A DNA stretch of 64,000 nt from an uncultured Gammaproteobacteria bacterium (GTDB taxonomy: Bacteria; Patescibacteriota; Patescibacteriia; UBA9934): the NCBI GenBank assembly GCA_964414795.1, contig CAYPWV010000002.1:5057-69056 (forward strand). Direction: 5' to 3'. Numbering within the stretch: the first letter of the stretch is position 1; each line of letters starts with the position of its first letter. The notes under the pieces were generated by a model. The model saw only the letters and a list, made by a program, of their open reading frames with translations, was not told the origin of the DNA and ran no database searches. Made by a program: the position numbers and the translations under genes. Of this stretch, positions 47,808-57,037 are shown piece after piece.

Positions 47808-48329
47808 ATGAAGAAAAAAATACAAAAGAAAATTTTCATAAAAAAGAGCGAGAAGTCACCCGTTCTTTTTGAAGTTATAGAGAAGAAGATTCTAATTTTG
47901 CGAGGTAAGAAAATCATGATCGATCGAGATCTTGCGGAACTATATGGGGTCTCTACAAAGTCTCTAAATCAAGCGGTAAAAAGAAATATCGATCGTTTTC
48001 CTGATGATTTCATGTTTCAATTCCAAAAAGAAGAAACGAATTGGTGGAAGTCACAATTTGTGACTTCCAAATCAGTTCAAAGAGGAGTTCGCAAGATGCC
48101 TCTAGCCTTCACCGAACAGGGGATCGCAATGCTCTCCAGCGTTCTTCGCAGTAAACGTGCGGTTGCGGTCAATGTGCAATTCATGCGTACCTTCATTCGC
48201 CTATGTGAGTATATGCGTGACAATGTCGATATTATTGTTTTTGACGCAATTAAGAAGATTATTCAGTATGATGTTGATGACAAGAAACGCGTCATCGGTT
48301 TCACGACAGATAACAAGAAGCGAGTATGA
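47808..48329 (+). CDS. ORF6N-domain protein (phage antirepressor-like KilA-N relative)
   Basis: 'ILILRGKKIMIDRDLAELYGVSTKSLNQAVKRNIDRFPDDFMFQ' is the ORF6N consensus. Confidence 0.6.
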   Translation: MKKKIQKKIFIKKSEKSPVLFEVIEKKILILRGKKIMIDRDLAELYGVSTKSLNQAVKRNIDRFPDDFMFQFQKEETNWWKSQFVTSKSVQRGVRKMPLAFTEQGIAMLSSVLRSKRAVAVNVQFMRTFIRLCEYMRDNVDIIVFDAIKKIIQYDVDDKKRVIGFTTDNKKRV

Positions 48330-48727
48330 GCATGAAAAACATTCTTCAAAGCATATGTGAAAAGTTTTTCACATTTTGGAAACACCTTTCTCTCTTTACA
48401 AAATCTTTCCTACTTTCTAGTTGCATGACGTGCATCTTTTTCTTATTGCTCATTTTGCCTTTCACGCGTCCAGATCCTCTTGATCTTTCGCAGAGTCTTC
48501 ATCCTGTTTTTGCGGAGTGGTTCACCATGCTTTGGATTGTACCCGTAGCAGTCATCGGACTTTTCTTTATGAGCATAGGCTTTTATCCCGGGAATGAAGA
48601 TACCGGTGTATGGGGCGGAGTCTTCTCTATTGCCTTGTTCAACACCCTTTTATGGGCCTGTATTTTCTGGATCATTGCTCGAATGATAAGACTGCTCAAG
48701 AAGAACATTTCTTTGTTGAAGAAATAA
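48326..48727 (+). CDS. hypothetical membrane protein (133 aa)
   Basis: Three or four TM helices. ATGA overlap with the upstream gene. Confidence 0.4.
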   Translation: MSMKNILQSICEKFFTFWKHLSLFTKSFLLSSCMTCIFFLLLILPFTRPDPLDLSQSLHPVFAEWFTMLWIVPVAVIGLFFMSIGFYPGNEDTGVWGGVFSIALFNTLLWACIFWIIARMIRLLKKNISLLKK

Positions 48728-48734
48728 GATTCTT

Positions 48735-48962
48735 TTGTTATCTTACATCTATATGCAATGCACGGCGGTGTATCAAAAACAAGGGAAATGGTACTTGGGA
48801 TGGATCGAAGAAGTTCCAGGGGTGAATACTCAAGGAAAAACTTTAAAAGAAGTAAAGGAAAATTTAAAAGAAGCCCTTGAGCTTTTTTTAGATGTTCATC
48901 GCACAATGATCGAAAAGGAACGTCCTCGTGGCAGGGTGGTACGGGAAAAAATAATGGTTTAA
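48735..48962 (+). CDS. hicB: HicB-family antitoxin (UPF0150-like)
   Basis: 'YQKQGKWYLGWIEEVPGVNTQGKTLKEVKENLKEALELFL'. Confidence 0.6.
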   Translation: MLSYIYMQCTAVYQKQGKWYLGWIEEVPGVNTQGKTLKEVKENLKEALELFLDVHRTMIEKERPRGRVVREKIMV

Positions 48963-48965
48963 CAT

Positions 48966-49151
48966 GTGAAGCGTGAGGAGCTTCTTAAAATTCTTCGAAA
49001 ACATGGCTGTATATTCCTCCGTGAAGGTGGCAATCACAGTGTATTTTTAAATCCGGTAACCGACCGTATATCTACAGTTCCGAGACATAAAGAAATAAAC
49101 GATTTTCTTGCTAAGAAAATTTGCAAAGATCTTGGAATTTCTTTCTCATAA
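48966..49151 (+). CDS. hicA: HicA-family toxin
   Basis: 'LLKILRKHGCIFLREGGNHSVFLNPVTDRISTVPRHKEI...KKICKDLGI'. Confidence 0.65.
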   Translation: MKREELLKILRKHGCIFLREGGNHSVFLNPVTDRISTVPRHKEINDFLAKKICKDLGISFS

Positions 49152-49185
49152 ACTTCCCAACTTCATAACTTCCTATCTTCACCCT

Positions 49186-50685
49186 ATGACTCGCTATATC
49201 ACCGCATCTATCCCGTACGTAAATTCAACACCGCACATTGGCTATGCGGTTGAGCTTTTTCAAGTTGATGCGCTTCTTCGCTACTATAAGTCTCGTGGCG
49301 AAACGGTGCGCGGTCAATTTGGAAGCGATGATAATAGCCTGAAGAATGTTCGCGCAGCACGTGAAGCAGGAGAAGATATAGAAACATTTGTTGCGCGCCA
49401 TGCAGAAGAATTTCGCAAACTCAGCGACACGCTCAACCTCGACGAATCTTTTTGTCACTTCATTCGCACGCGTGACGATCTCCACATGCGCGGTGCGCAA
49501 AAGCTGTGGAGCATGTTCAAGCCCGAAGATATCGATAGGCGATCGTATGAAGGTTTGTATTGCGTAGGATGTGAGGCGTTTTATGCGCAAGAAGATTTGC
49601 TCGAAGGAAATCTTTGCCCAACGCACAAAAAGCCCGTTGAAGTGATTAAAGAAGAAAATTACTTTTTCAAACTCTCTAACTATCAAGCATTTTTTGAGGA
49701 GTTGCTCACCAAAGGTAAGGCAATGTGGAATGGGAAAGAGCATGTCATGGCGATCGTTCCCGAAGAACGCAGAAACGAAATGTTGGCGTTTGCAAAAAAG
49801 CTCGAAGATTTTAGTATTTCTCGCTCGGTGCAGCGCGCAGAAAATTGGGGCGTGCCCGTTCCGGGGGATGATAGTCAGGTGATGTATGTATGGGTTGATG
49901 CATTGTCGAACTACATCACGGCGCTGGGTTTTGCAGATGATGCGCAAGCCTTTGCTGATTTTTGGATCAATGCTGATGTTCGCACCCACGTTATTGGCAA
50001 AGACATCGTTCGTTTTCATGCCATTTATTGGCCTGCGTTTTTGCTCTCGGCAAGTCTTCCGCTTCCTACCGAAATTTTTGTACATGGATTTTTTACGGTG
50101 GAAGGCGAGAAAATGAGCAAGTCCATCGGCAACGTTATTCATCCGCGAGAGATTATTGATCTCTATGGTGTTGATGCAACGCGATATTTGCTTCTTCGCG
50201 ATTTGCCGCTAGTGGGCGATGGCGATGTTGCAAAAGATCGCCTTGAAGAACGATATAACGAACTTGCAAACGGTCTCGGTAACCTCGTTGGCCGCGTTGC
50301 CGCAATGGCGAATAAGTATTTTGAGGGTGTGTTGGATATTGCAAATGTAGCGTCTGTAGCGGCGGGTTTCAAACCCGCCGATAATCTCCACGAAGCGATC
50401 GAATCCCGCGACTTCAAAAAATATCTTGAAATCGTCCAAGGCTTGATCGATCAAGCAAACGCAAAAATTCAAATCGAAGAACCCTTCAAAACCGCAAAAA
50501 CCGATCTTGTTGCATGTAAAAAGACATTGTCAGAACTTGCGGCTATGATTTGTTTTATCGTCCACGCACTTAATCCCATCATGCCCAATATCAGTAAAGA
50601 AATTTTAGCGCGGTATATTGGAGAAAAAATTATTCATGGAGCACCTTTGTTTCCGAAAAAGGAAGATGCAAGTGAAACGATTTAA
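49186..50685 (+). CDS. metG: methionyl-tRNA synthetase (short, ~499 aa form)
   Basis: 'PYVNSTPHIGYA' (HIGH) and 'KMSKSIGN' (KMSKS). Start at the internal ATG 49186. Confidence 0.85.
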   Translation: MTRYITASIPYVNSTPHIGYAVELFQVDALLRYYKSRGETVRGQFGSDDNSLKNVRAAREAGEDIETFVARHAEEFRKLSDTLNLDESFCHFIRTRDDLHMRGAQKLWSMFKPEDIDRRSYEGLYCVGCEAFYAQEDLLEGNLCPTHKKPVEVIKEENYFFKLSNYQAFFEELLTKGKAMWNGKEHVMAIVPEERRNEMLAFAKKLEDFSISRSVQRAENWGVPVPGDDSQVMYVWVDALSNYITALGFADDAQAFADFWINADVRTHVIGKDIVRFHAIYWPAFLLSASLPLPTEIFVHGFFTVEGEKMSKSIGNVIHPREIIDLYGVDATRYLLLRDLPLVGDGDVAKDRLEERYNELANGLGNLVGRVAAMANKYFEGVLDIANVASVAAGFKPADNLHEAIESRDFKKYLEIVQGLIDQANAKIQIEEPFKTAKTDLVACKKTLSELAAMICFIVHALNPIMPNISKEILARYIGEKIIHGAPLFPKKEDASETI

Positions 50686-50790
50686 CTCATAAGACTCTGA
50701 GCAACGGCGAAGGATTAAAGAAACCCATTTGTCACATACCCTCCTTATTCATTTACTGGACCCTTCCTAACGTCAGGGTCTCGTACTTCT

Positions 50791-51264
50791 ATGCAGCCCT
50801 ACGTCATCGACATCATCTTCGCACTCGTTACCTGCGTATTCCTCATCACCGGATGGCGACGAGGATTTGTGCGTATGGCGGGTGGGTTGGTGAGTTTGGT
50901 GATTAGTATTGGGTGTGGGGTGTGGGGGGTAGGGTGGATCGAAGATACGTTGGGGATTCCGCTTTCCGCATCGTTCATCGGTTTGTTGTTTGCATTTTTG
51001 GTTATTGCCGTCATTGTGAGTGCGCTCGTGAATCTTGTCGTCACACTGCTCGATCTTGCACGTCGGCTTATTACGATGATTCCTGGCTTTGGACTTTTGC
51101 ATCGTTTGGCTGGTTCTGCTGTGGGAGTTCTTGAAGCCGGTGTGTGCATCCTCGGCGTAAGTTATGTTGCGATGTACATTCTTGCAGCCGGCGATATGCG
51201 TACACTGTTGCTTTCTTCTCAAGTTGTCGCCTACGGAGTACAGATCTTGTCTGTTATCGAATAA
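50791..51264 (+). CDS. cvpA: CvpA-family membrane protein
   Basis: Four-TM 157-aa protein with N-terminal 'IDIIFALV...ITGWRRGFV', typical of CvpA. Confidence 0.55.
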   Translation: MQPYVIDIIFALVTCVFLITGWRRGFVRMAGGLVSLVISIGCGVWGVGWIEDTLGIPLSASFIGLLFAFLVIAVIVSALVNLVVTLLDLARRLITMIPGFGLLHRLAGSAVGVLEAGVCILGVSYVAMYILAAGDMRTLLLSSQVVAYGVQILSVIE

Positions 51265-51365
51265 GACTATTAGTCATCCCGGGCTTGACCCGGGATCCAT
51301 CGCATCAAGAAAAAATAATTAAAAACGATGGATGCCGGATCGGTGTCCGGCATGACGAAAATGCT

Positions 51366-52217
51366 ATGCACCTCTTCGACTCCCACACTCACATCCACTT
51401 TCCTGCATTCGGCGACGACGTTGCACGCATTATGGAACAAGCGCAGCAAAAAGAGCTGGGCATGCTTACTGTGGGGACACTTGCGCCAACAAATGCGGCA
51501 GCGGTTGCATTTGCGGAGAAATACGACAACGTCTGGGCTGCGGTTGGCATTCATCCCTCGCACGTTCATCCGCTTGCGTTTCATGACGAGCACGAGCTTG
51601 CCGTAGGTGAAACACATCAAGGTATCGTGCAAGTTGATGGCGCTATCGACCTTTCCGATCTTCAGCAATATCTCACTCATCCAAAGGTAGTGGCGATTGG
51701 AGAATTTGGTTTGGATTTTTATCGATTGCCGGAAGATGTTGAGGCGGCAGAAAAAATAAAAGACGAACAGCGTCGTGCCGCAGCAGCGCATCTCGCACTT
51801 TGTTCGTTGCATCACAAACCTGCGGTAATCCATTGTCGTGATGCACATGCAGAGATGCAAGAGCTTATTGCTGATGAAATCGCCAAAGGAGGCCTTGCAC
51901 GCCGCGGCGTCATTCATTGTTTTACGGGCACACTTGAGGATGCGATGTGCTACATCGATCTTGGATTTTTTATTTCTTTTTCTGGCATTGTAACGTTTGC
52001 AAAATCATTACAAGAAGTTGCAAAACAAATCCCGCTTGCATCCATGCTCGTTGAAACCGACGCACCCTACCTCGCCCCCGTTCCTCATCGCGGCAAACGC
52101 AACGAACCCGCCTTTGTTGCAGACACCGTCACTTGCATCGCCGCTTTGCGAAATATTTCCTTCGATGAAGTTGCTTCTCAAACGGTCGAAAATGGGAAAG
52201 GTGTTTTTGGATTGTAG
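51366..52217 (+). CDS. tatD: TatD-family metal-dependent hydrolase
   Basis: 'LFDSHTHI' N-terminal His motif. 'AIGEFGLDFY'. 'VIHCRDAH'. 'LVETDAPYL'. Start at the internal ATG 51366. Confidence 0.8.
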   Translation: MHLFDSHTHIHFPAFGDDVARIMEQAQQKELGMLTVGTLAPTNAAAVAFAEKYDNVWAAVGIHPSHVHPLAFHDEHELAVGETHQGIVQVDGAIDLSDLQQYLTHPKVVAIGEFGLDFYRLPEDVEAAEKIKDEQRRAAAAHLALCSLHHKPAVIHCRDAHAEMQELIADEIAKGGLARRGVIHCFTGTLEDAMCYIDLGFFISFSGIVTFAKSLQEVAKQIPLASMLVETDAPYLAPVPHRGKRNEPAFVADTVTCIAALRNISFDEVASQTVENGKGVFGL

Positions 52218-52233
52218 TAAGTTGGGTATTGAT

Positions 52234-52357
52234 GTGTCATCCTGAGGGAGATTTCAAGCCGACCGAAGGAACTTCTTGTAACCACAAACTATCAACTGAT
52301 AACCATTTGTTTTTCCAAAGATCCTTCGGTCGACGTAGCGCTCCCTCAGGATGACAC
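52234..52357. repeat. long hairpin / MITE-like inverted-repeat element
   Basis: Perfect 17-bp terminal inverted repeat: 'gtgtcatcctgagggag' at 52234..52250 versus 'ctccctcaggatgacac' at 52341..52357. Inner inverted pair 'ccgaccgaagga'/'tccttcggtcga'. Confidence 0.6.
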
Positions 52358-52534
52358 ACTCACTTCCCCCATCTGCCGTCTGTCGTCTGCCGTCTTTCGT
52401 CCCTATTCATTTCCCACTAAACCACTAAACTGCCAACCCCGCAAAACTACTTGTTCCTCCACACATTGCACTTTTTGGCTTTTTGTGCTATACTTTATTG
52501 TCTTTTCATCTGGTTCTGACACGTTCAAAGCCAG

Positions 52535-52981
52535 GTGAAGATACCGGATTTCCACCCCCAATCTGCGAGGTCGTTCATGCCCGAAGTCACCCAGTTTTTC
52601 AACGATTTTCAGGCAAACAAGGCGAACAGGGTCTTTTTCGTCGGGCTGTCCCTCCTCATGCTTCTCGCCTCGCTTCTGTGCTTCCAGGCCGGACGCCAGG
52701 AGATCGCCGAAGTGGTGGTCTCGAAGGAGGTGGCGAACCTGCAGCTCCAAGAGCTGCTGCGGGAAAAAAACCAGGATCTCCGGCATGCCCGCCGGATCAT
52801 CGCCGGCCAACGGCAGGTCATCAACTCCCAGGGCCTCTCGCTCTGGGCGGCGAGCGTCATCCTCGAGGTCAACCAGGCTCGACTCGGAGACCTGGAGGTT
52901 CGTCACGGCGACGACCTCCGGCTCATCGACGAGCAGGCGGGGGTGATCAGCACCCTCGACCGGGCGTGCCGGGCGCAGTGA
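52535..52981 (+). CDS. hypothetical protein encoded in a markedly GC-rich segment (possible start at MPEVTQ, 52577)
   Basis: ORF in a locally GC-rich stretch. One TM helix plus a coiled-coil-like region. Own terminator-like hairpin at about 53000. The other frames here (52483..53067 +, 52403..52906 -) look like GC-driven artefacts. Confidence 0.4.
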   Translation: MKIPDFHPQSARSFMPEVTQFFNDFQANKANRVFFVGLSLLMLLASLLCFQAGRQEIAEVVVSKEVANLQLQELLREKNQDLRHARRIIAGQRQVINSQGLSLWAASVILEVNQARLGDLEVRHGDDLRLIDEQAGVISTLDRACRAQ

Positions 52982-53127
52982 CGGTTCTGAGCCTTTGGGC
53001 TCCGTGTGGCGGCTTCATCGTGGAGCCGTCTTTGTCTTTTTATAGAGAGTTGTATGTTTTAGCATGAAGCGAACGTAATCGTTCTGCTTCATGCTTTGAC
53101 CGTCTTTAGTGATTTCGGATACATTTC

Positions 53128-53709
53128 TTGCAAAGTATGAACATCCTTTCCATCTCAGACAACCAACTCGTCACCCTCATCAAAAACGGAGGTGTGGGTG
53201 TTTTGCCAACGGATACCGTGTATGGTTTGGTATGTGATGCAGCAAATCCAGCTGCAGTTGCAAAATTATATGCATTGAAACATCGGGAGCAAAAGCCTGG
53301 TACAACCATCGCTGCAGATGCGGATCAGATTATTTCTTTGGGTATTGCAAAAGATGCCGTGCAATCCGTCGAGCGATTTTGGCCAGGAGTGAGTATTGAG
53401 CTTTTGTGGGGAGAGCAAGGAATGTATCTCCATCAAGGAACAGGTCGATCGGCCTTTCGTGTAGTTGCCGACGAGAGTCTCAGACAATTTTTGCAAAAAA
53501 CAGGACCACTCCTTACGTCAAGCGCAAATCTTCCTGGTCAGCCGCCTGTAAATACGCTTGATGAAGCGCATACGTATTTTGGCGATTCGGTGGATTTTTA
53601 TGTGGATGGTGGCAATCTTTCCGGTCGACAATCGTCCACGCTTATCCGTGTAGTAGATGGAGTTGTTGAAGTTCTGCGTCAAGGATCGGTGGTTATTTCA
53701 AGAGAATAA
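53128..53709 (+). CDS. tsaC: L-threonylcarbamoyladenylate synthase (YrdC/Sua5 family)
   Basis: 'GVLPTDTVYGLVCDA', 'LLTSSANLPG'. Confidence 0.8.
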   Translation: MQSMNILSISDNQLVTLIKNGGVGVLPTDTVYGLVCDAANPAAVAKLYALKHREQKPGTTIAADADQIISLGIAKDAVQSVERFWPGVSIELLWGEQGMYLHQGTGRSAFRVVADESLRQFLQKTGPLLTSSANLPGQPPVNTLDEAHTYFGDSVDFYVDGGNLSGRQSSTLIRVVDGVVEVLRQGSVVISRE

Positions 53710-53752
53710 TTTTGACCATGATGATACGGTTCGGATATCATGAAATATAAGT

Positions 53753-55681
53753 ATGCTCTCCACAAACGACATTCGACAAAAATATCTTGCCTTTTTTGCA
53801 AAGCACGGGCACGCCGTTGTTGCATCATCTTCTTTGGTTCCCAACAATGATCCAACGACGTTATTTACCGGTTCGGGCATGCAACCCATGATTTCTTATT
53901 TGCTTGGAGAAAAGCATCCTGCAGGAACGCGTATTGTTGATAGTCAAAAGTGTTTTCGTTCGGGAGATATTGAAGAAGTGGGTGATAATCGCCACACCAC
54001 ATTTTTTGAGATGCTCGGCAATTGGTCACTTGGTGATTATTTTAAGCAAGAGCAAATTCCTTGGATGTACGACTTTCTTACCAAGGAAATTGGATTGAAC
54101 CCGGAACATTTATACATCACCGTTTTTGAGGGGAGCCCAGAGATCGGGATCGGGAAGGACGAAGAGGCGGTAGAACTTTGGAAAGCCTGTTTTGCAAAAG
54201 ATAAAATCGAGGCAGCTGCACTTGATGATGCCGAAAAACTTGGTATGCGTCCCGAGCTCAACGGACGAATCTTTTCGTATCCAGAAAAAAAGAATTGGTG
54301 GAGCCGTGCGGGAGTTCCTGCAAATATGCCCGTGGGTGAACCGGGCGGACCAGACACCGAAATGTTTTGGGATTTCGATCCAGACGAATCTAAGAGGTAT
54401 CACGAGAATTCAAACTGGGCAGGAGAAAAGTGTCACGTCAATTGCGATTGCGGTCGATTCATGGAAATCGGCAACAACGTGTTTATGCAGTACGTAAAAA
54501 CAAATACAGGTTTTGTCGAGCTTCCGCAGCGTAATGTAGATTTTGGTGGGGGATTGGAGCGTATTGCCGCAGCAGTCAACGGTGATCCGGATGTGTTTCA
54601 ATTAGATATTTTTAGTGAAGCAAAAGAGAAGATCACTGCTCTCTCAGGTTGTTCGTATCAAGGCGAAAACATGTACGCCTTCCGTGTGATTCTCGACCAC
54701 ATTCGTGCGGCAACGTTCCTTATTGGTGATGGGGTTTTGCCAGGGAATAAGGATCAAGGTTATTTTGTGCGCCGTCTCATTCGTCGTGCGGTGCGATTCG
54801 CAAAAAAGCTTGGCGCTGCGCAGGCAATCGTGCGTGCCGTTGCAGAAACGTACATCGATCAGTACAGCGATGCGTATCCAAGTCTTTTAGAAAAGAAAGA
54901 GGATATTTTGCGTGCACTTGAAGCTGAAGAAGAAAAATTTGCGAAAACTATCGAGCAGGGTCTTAAGGAGGTAGAAAAACTTGTTGGTCTCGGAATCCAA
55001 TACGTTCCCGATGGAGAGCAATTGCCTTATTATAATGAAGTTGATGTTAAGAAGGCATTTGATATCTATCAATCTTTCGGTTTCCCGTTTGAGATGATTC
55101 AAGAAGAGTTAGCAAGACGAAATCTTCGTTTAGATGATTTAAAATTTAAAAAGGAGTTTGACGACTACATGCGAAAACACCAAGACCTCTCGCGTGCAGG
55201 AGCAGAGCAAAAGTTTGCAGGAGGCTTGGCAGATCATTCCGAAGAAACGACGAAGTTGCACACTGCAACGCACTTATTGCATCAGGCACTGCGAACCGTT
55301 CTCGGTGATCACGTTGCACAAAAGGGAAGTAACATTACTGCTGAGCGCTTGCGTTTTGATTTTTCGCATACCGATAAAATGACGCCTGAGCAAATCAAGC
55401 ACGTCGAAGATATCGTGAACGAGCAAATTAAGCTCGATCTTCCCGTGCATTTTGAAATGCTTACGGTCGACGAAGCAAAAGCTCGCGGCGCAATCGGACT
55501 TTTCGGTGACAAATATGCAACGCTCGGCGATAAGATCAAGGTCTATTTCATGGGTGATTACAGTAAGGAAATTTGCGGCGGCCCTCACGTAGAGCATCTT
55601 GGCCAACTCGGCGGCATCAAGATCGCGAAAGAAGAAGCCGTTTCCGCCGGCGTCCGTCGTATTAAGGCGGTGTTGAGATAA
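53753..55681 (+). CDS. alaS: alanyl-tRNA synthetase, short (642 aa) form with catalytic and editing domains
   Basis: 'RQKYLAFFAKHGHAVVASSSLVPNNDPTTLFTGSGM' N-terminus. Editing 'HTATHLLHQALR' and 'CGGPHV'. Confidence 0.85.
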   Translation: MLSTNDIRQKYLAFFAKHGHAVVASSSLVPNNDPTTLFTGSGMQPMISYLLGEKHPAGTRIVDSQKCFRSGDIEEVGDNRHTTFFEMLGNWSLGDYFKQEQIPWMYDFLTKEIGLNPEHLYITVFEGSPEIGIGKDEEAVELWKACFAKDKIEAAALDDAEKLGMRPELNGRIFSYPEKKNWWSRAGVPANMPVGEPGGPDTEMFWDFDPDESKRYHENSNWAGEKCHVNCDCGRFMEIGNNVFMQYVKTNTGFVELPQRNVDFGGGLERIAAAVNGDPDVFQLDIFSEAKEKITALSGCSYQGENMYAFRVILDHIRAATFLIGDGVLPGNKDQGYFVRRLIRRAVRFAKKLGAAQAIVRAVAETYIDQYSDAYPSLLEKKEDILRALEAEEEKFAKTIEQGLKEVEKLVGLGIQYVPDGEQLPYYNEVDVKKAFDIYQSFGFPFEMIQEELARRNLRLDDLKFKKEFDDYMRKHQDLSRAGAEQKFAGGLADHSEETTKLHTATHLLHQALRTVLGDHVAQKGSNITAERLRFDFSHTDKMTPEQIKHVEDIVNEQIKLDLPVHFEMLTVDEAKARGAIGLFGDKYATLGDKIKVYFMGDYSKEICGGPHVEHLGQLGGIKIAKEEAVSAGVRRIKAVLR

Positions 55682-55718
55682 AAGAAAAACCCGGTCGCCG
55701 TCACGCTGACGACGACAC

Positions 55719-57025
55719 GGGTCGCGACCCACTACTGTCCAAAGTCCTTAAAACCTCTTAATATATGAGCAAATACCTAACATTCATATATGCAGGGAGG
55801 GCATATTCATGCAGACGAGATCATTAATTTAGTATCAGATGAACTCTTGGACACGCTCGCTTACGAGACGGGAGTAGATTACTCCGTACAGAAACTCCAC
55901 GGAAAAACACTTTTCAAATTGTTTCTTTTTTCATTACTTCACCAAGGCAATGTATCTCTGCGTGTTCTTGAAGCCATTTTTTCTTCAAAGAAATTTCAAT
56001 CACTATTTGGTATGCAGAATGTTTCCATTAAACATTCGGCTCTTGGCATGCGGTTACAGAGCATGAATCCCTTGTATTTTGAGCGTATCTTCACTTCACT
56101 CCTCGAGCACCCAAAACTTAAAGACGTCTGTTTCGGAAATACAAAGATCCAAACACACAAAATAGACTCAACATTTGTAGGCATTGCAGAAAAGCTCCTC
56201 CGTCATGGTTTACGGAATGGTAAAAGTGAGGATCATCGCCGACATGTAAAATATAGCGTCGCTCTTTCGGGAAGCATTCCTGTACATATTGTGTTATGCA
56301 AAGGTCAGTCGAGTATCAGTGAAGACATTGCATTGCCGCCCGTAGTAAAGAATATTCCGAAGAACAAAGATGGAACGGTCCATGTCGCCATCTTTGACCA
56401 AGGAATTCATAAAAAGCAAACATTCGTTGACCTTTTTCGTGAGAATATCTTTTTTGTTTCTCGTGCAGAAAAGCATCCTTTCATGACGGTTGAATCACTT
56501 TCTCTTGAAGAACAAGAAACAAAAACACTCACCATCCTTTCAGATGAGATCGTAAAATTCTCTTCCAAGAAAACAGAGACGCAACGAAGAACACTTCCTG
56601 AAGAGTTTCGGCTCGTAACAGGAAAAAACAAAAAGACCGGCAAGGTCTTTCATTTTATTACGAATATTCGTTTTCTTTCTGCGACAGAAATAACAGAATT
56701 GTATAAATCTCGTTGGGAAATTGAGACGTTTTTTAAATTCATTAAACAAGAACTCGGATTCACGCACATGGTTTCTCGTACAGAAAATGGTATTCGTTGT
56801 GTCATGTATCTCACGATGATTGCCGCGATTCTTTTAACGCTCTATAGAAAGATGAATAAGATTACTGGATGGAAAGTTGCGAAAATACAATTTTTAGATG
56901 AGCTTGAGTTTAACATTCACAAAGAGTGGCACGAAGAGATTAGTATATTCCTCAAGCGACAACAACCCTTTGCTCAAGCAGATCCGGGGGTATAAGGGGA
57001 CTTTGGACAGTAGTGGTCGCGACCC
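55719..57025. mobile_element. IS4/IS5-superfamily insertion sequence with ~28-bp terminal inverted repeats
   Basis: Left IR 55719..55747 'gggtcgcgacccactactgtccaaagtcc'. Right IR 56998..57025, reverse complement 'gggtcgcgaccactactgtccaaagtcc' (1 indel). Encloses the transposase gene. Confidence 0.75.
55790..56995 (+). CDS. DDE transposase (IS4/IS5 DDE_Tnp_1-type)
   Basis: 'LYKSRWEIETFFKFIKQELGF' (Y-x2-R-W-x-IE-x2-F-K motif). 'VAIFDQG' D residue. Confidence 0.75.
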   Translation: MQGGHIHADEIINLVSDELLDTLAYETGVDYSVQKLHGKTLFKLFLFSLLHQGNVSLRVLEAIFSSKKFQSLFGMQNVSIKHSALGMRLQSMNPLYFERIFTSLLEHPKLKDVCFGNTKIQTHKIDSTFVGIAEKLLRHGLRNGKSEDHRRHVKYSVALSGSIPVHIVLCKGQSSISEDIALPPVVKNIPKNKDGTVHVAIFDQGIHKKQTFVDLFRENIFFVSRAEKHPFMTVESLSLEEQETKTLTILSDEIVKFSSKKTETQRRTLPEEFRLVTGKNKKTGKVFHFITNIRFLSATEITELYKSRWEIETFFKFIKQELGFTHMVSRTENGIRCVMYLTMIAAILLTLYRKMNKITGWKVAKIQFLDELEFNIHKEWHEEISIFLKRQQPFAQADPGV

Positions 57026-57037
57026 TCGCTGTGTTGT

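Noticed and set aside
52237-52356. 39-codon ORF (MCHPEGDF...) inside the inverted-repeat element
   Set aside because: The reading frame is a by-product of the palindromic structure and there is no RBS-like context. It is better explained as a hairpin or MITE-like element.
52403-53067. ORFs 52483..53067 (+) and 52403..52906 (-) in the GC-rich segment
   Set aside because: Pro/Arg/Gly-rich translations in alternative frames of a GC-rich stretch. Only the 52535..52981 frame has a protein-like composition.
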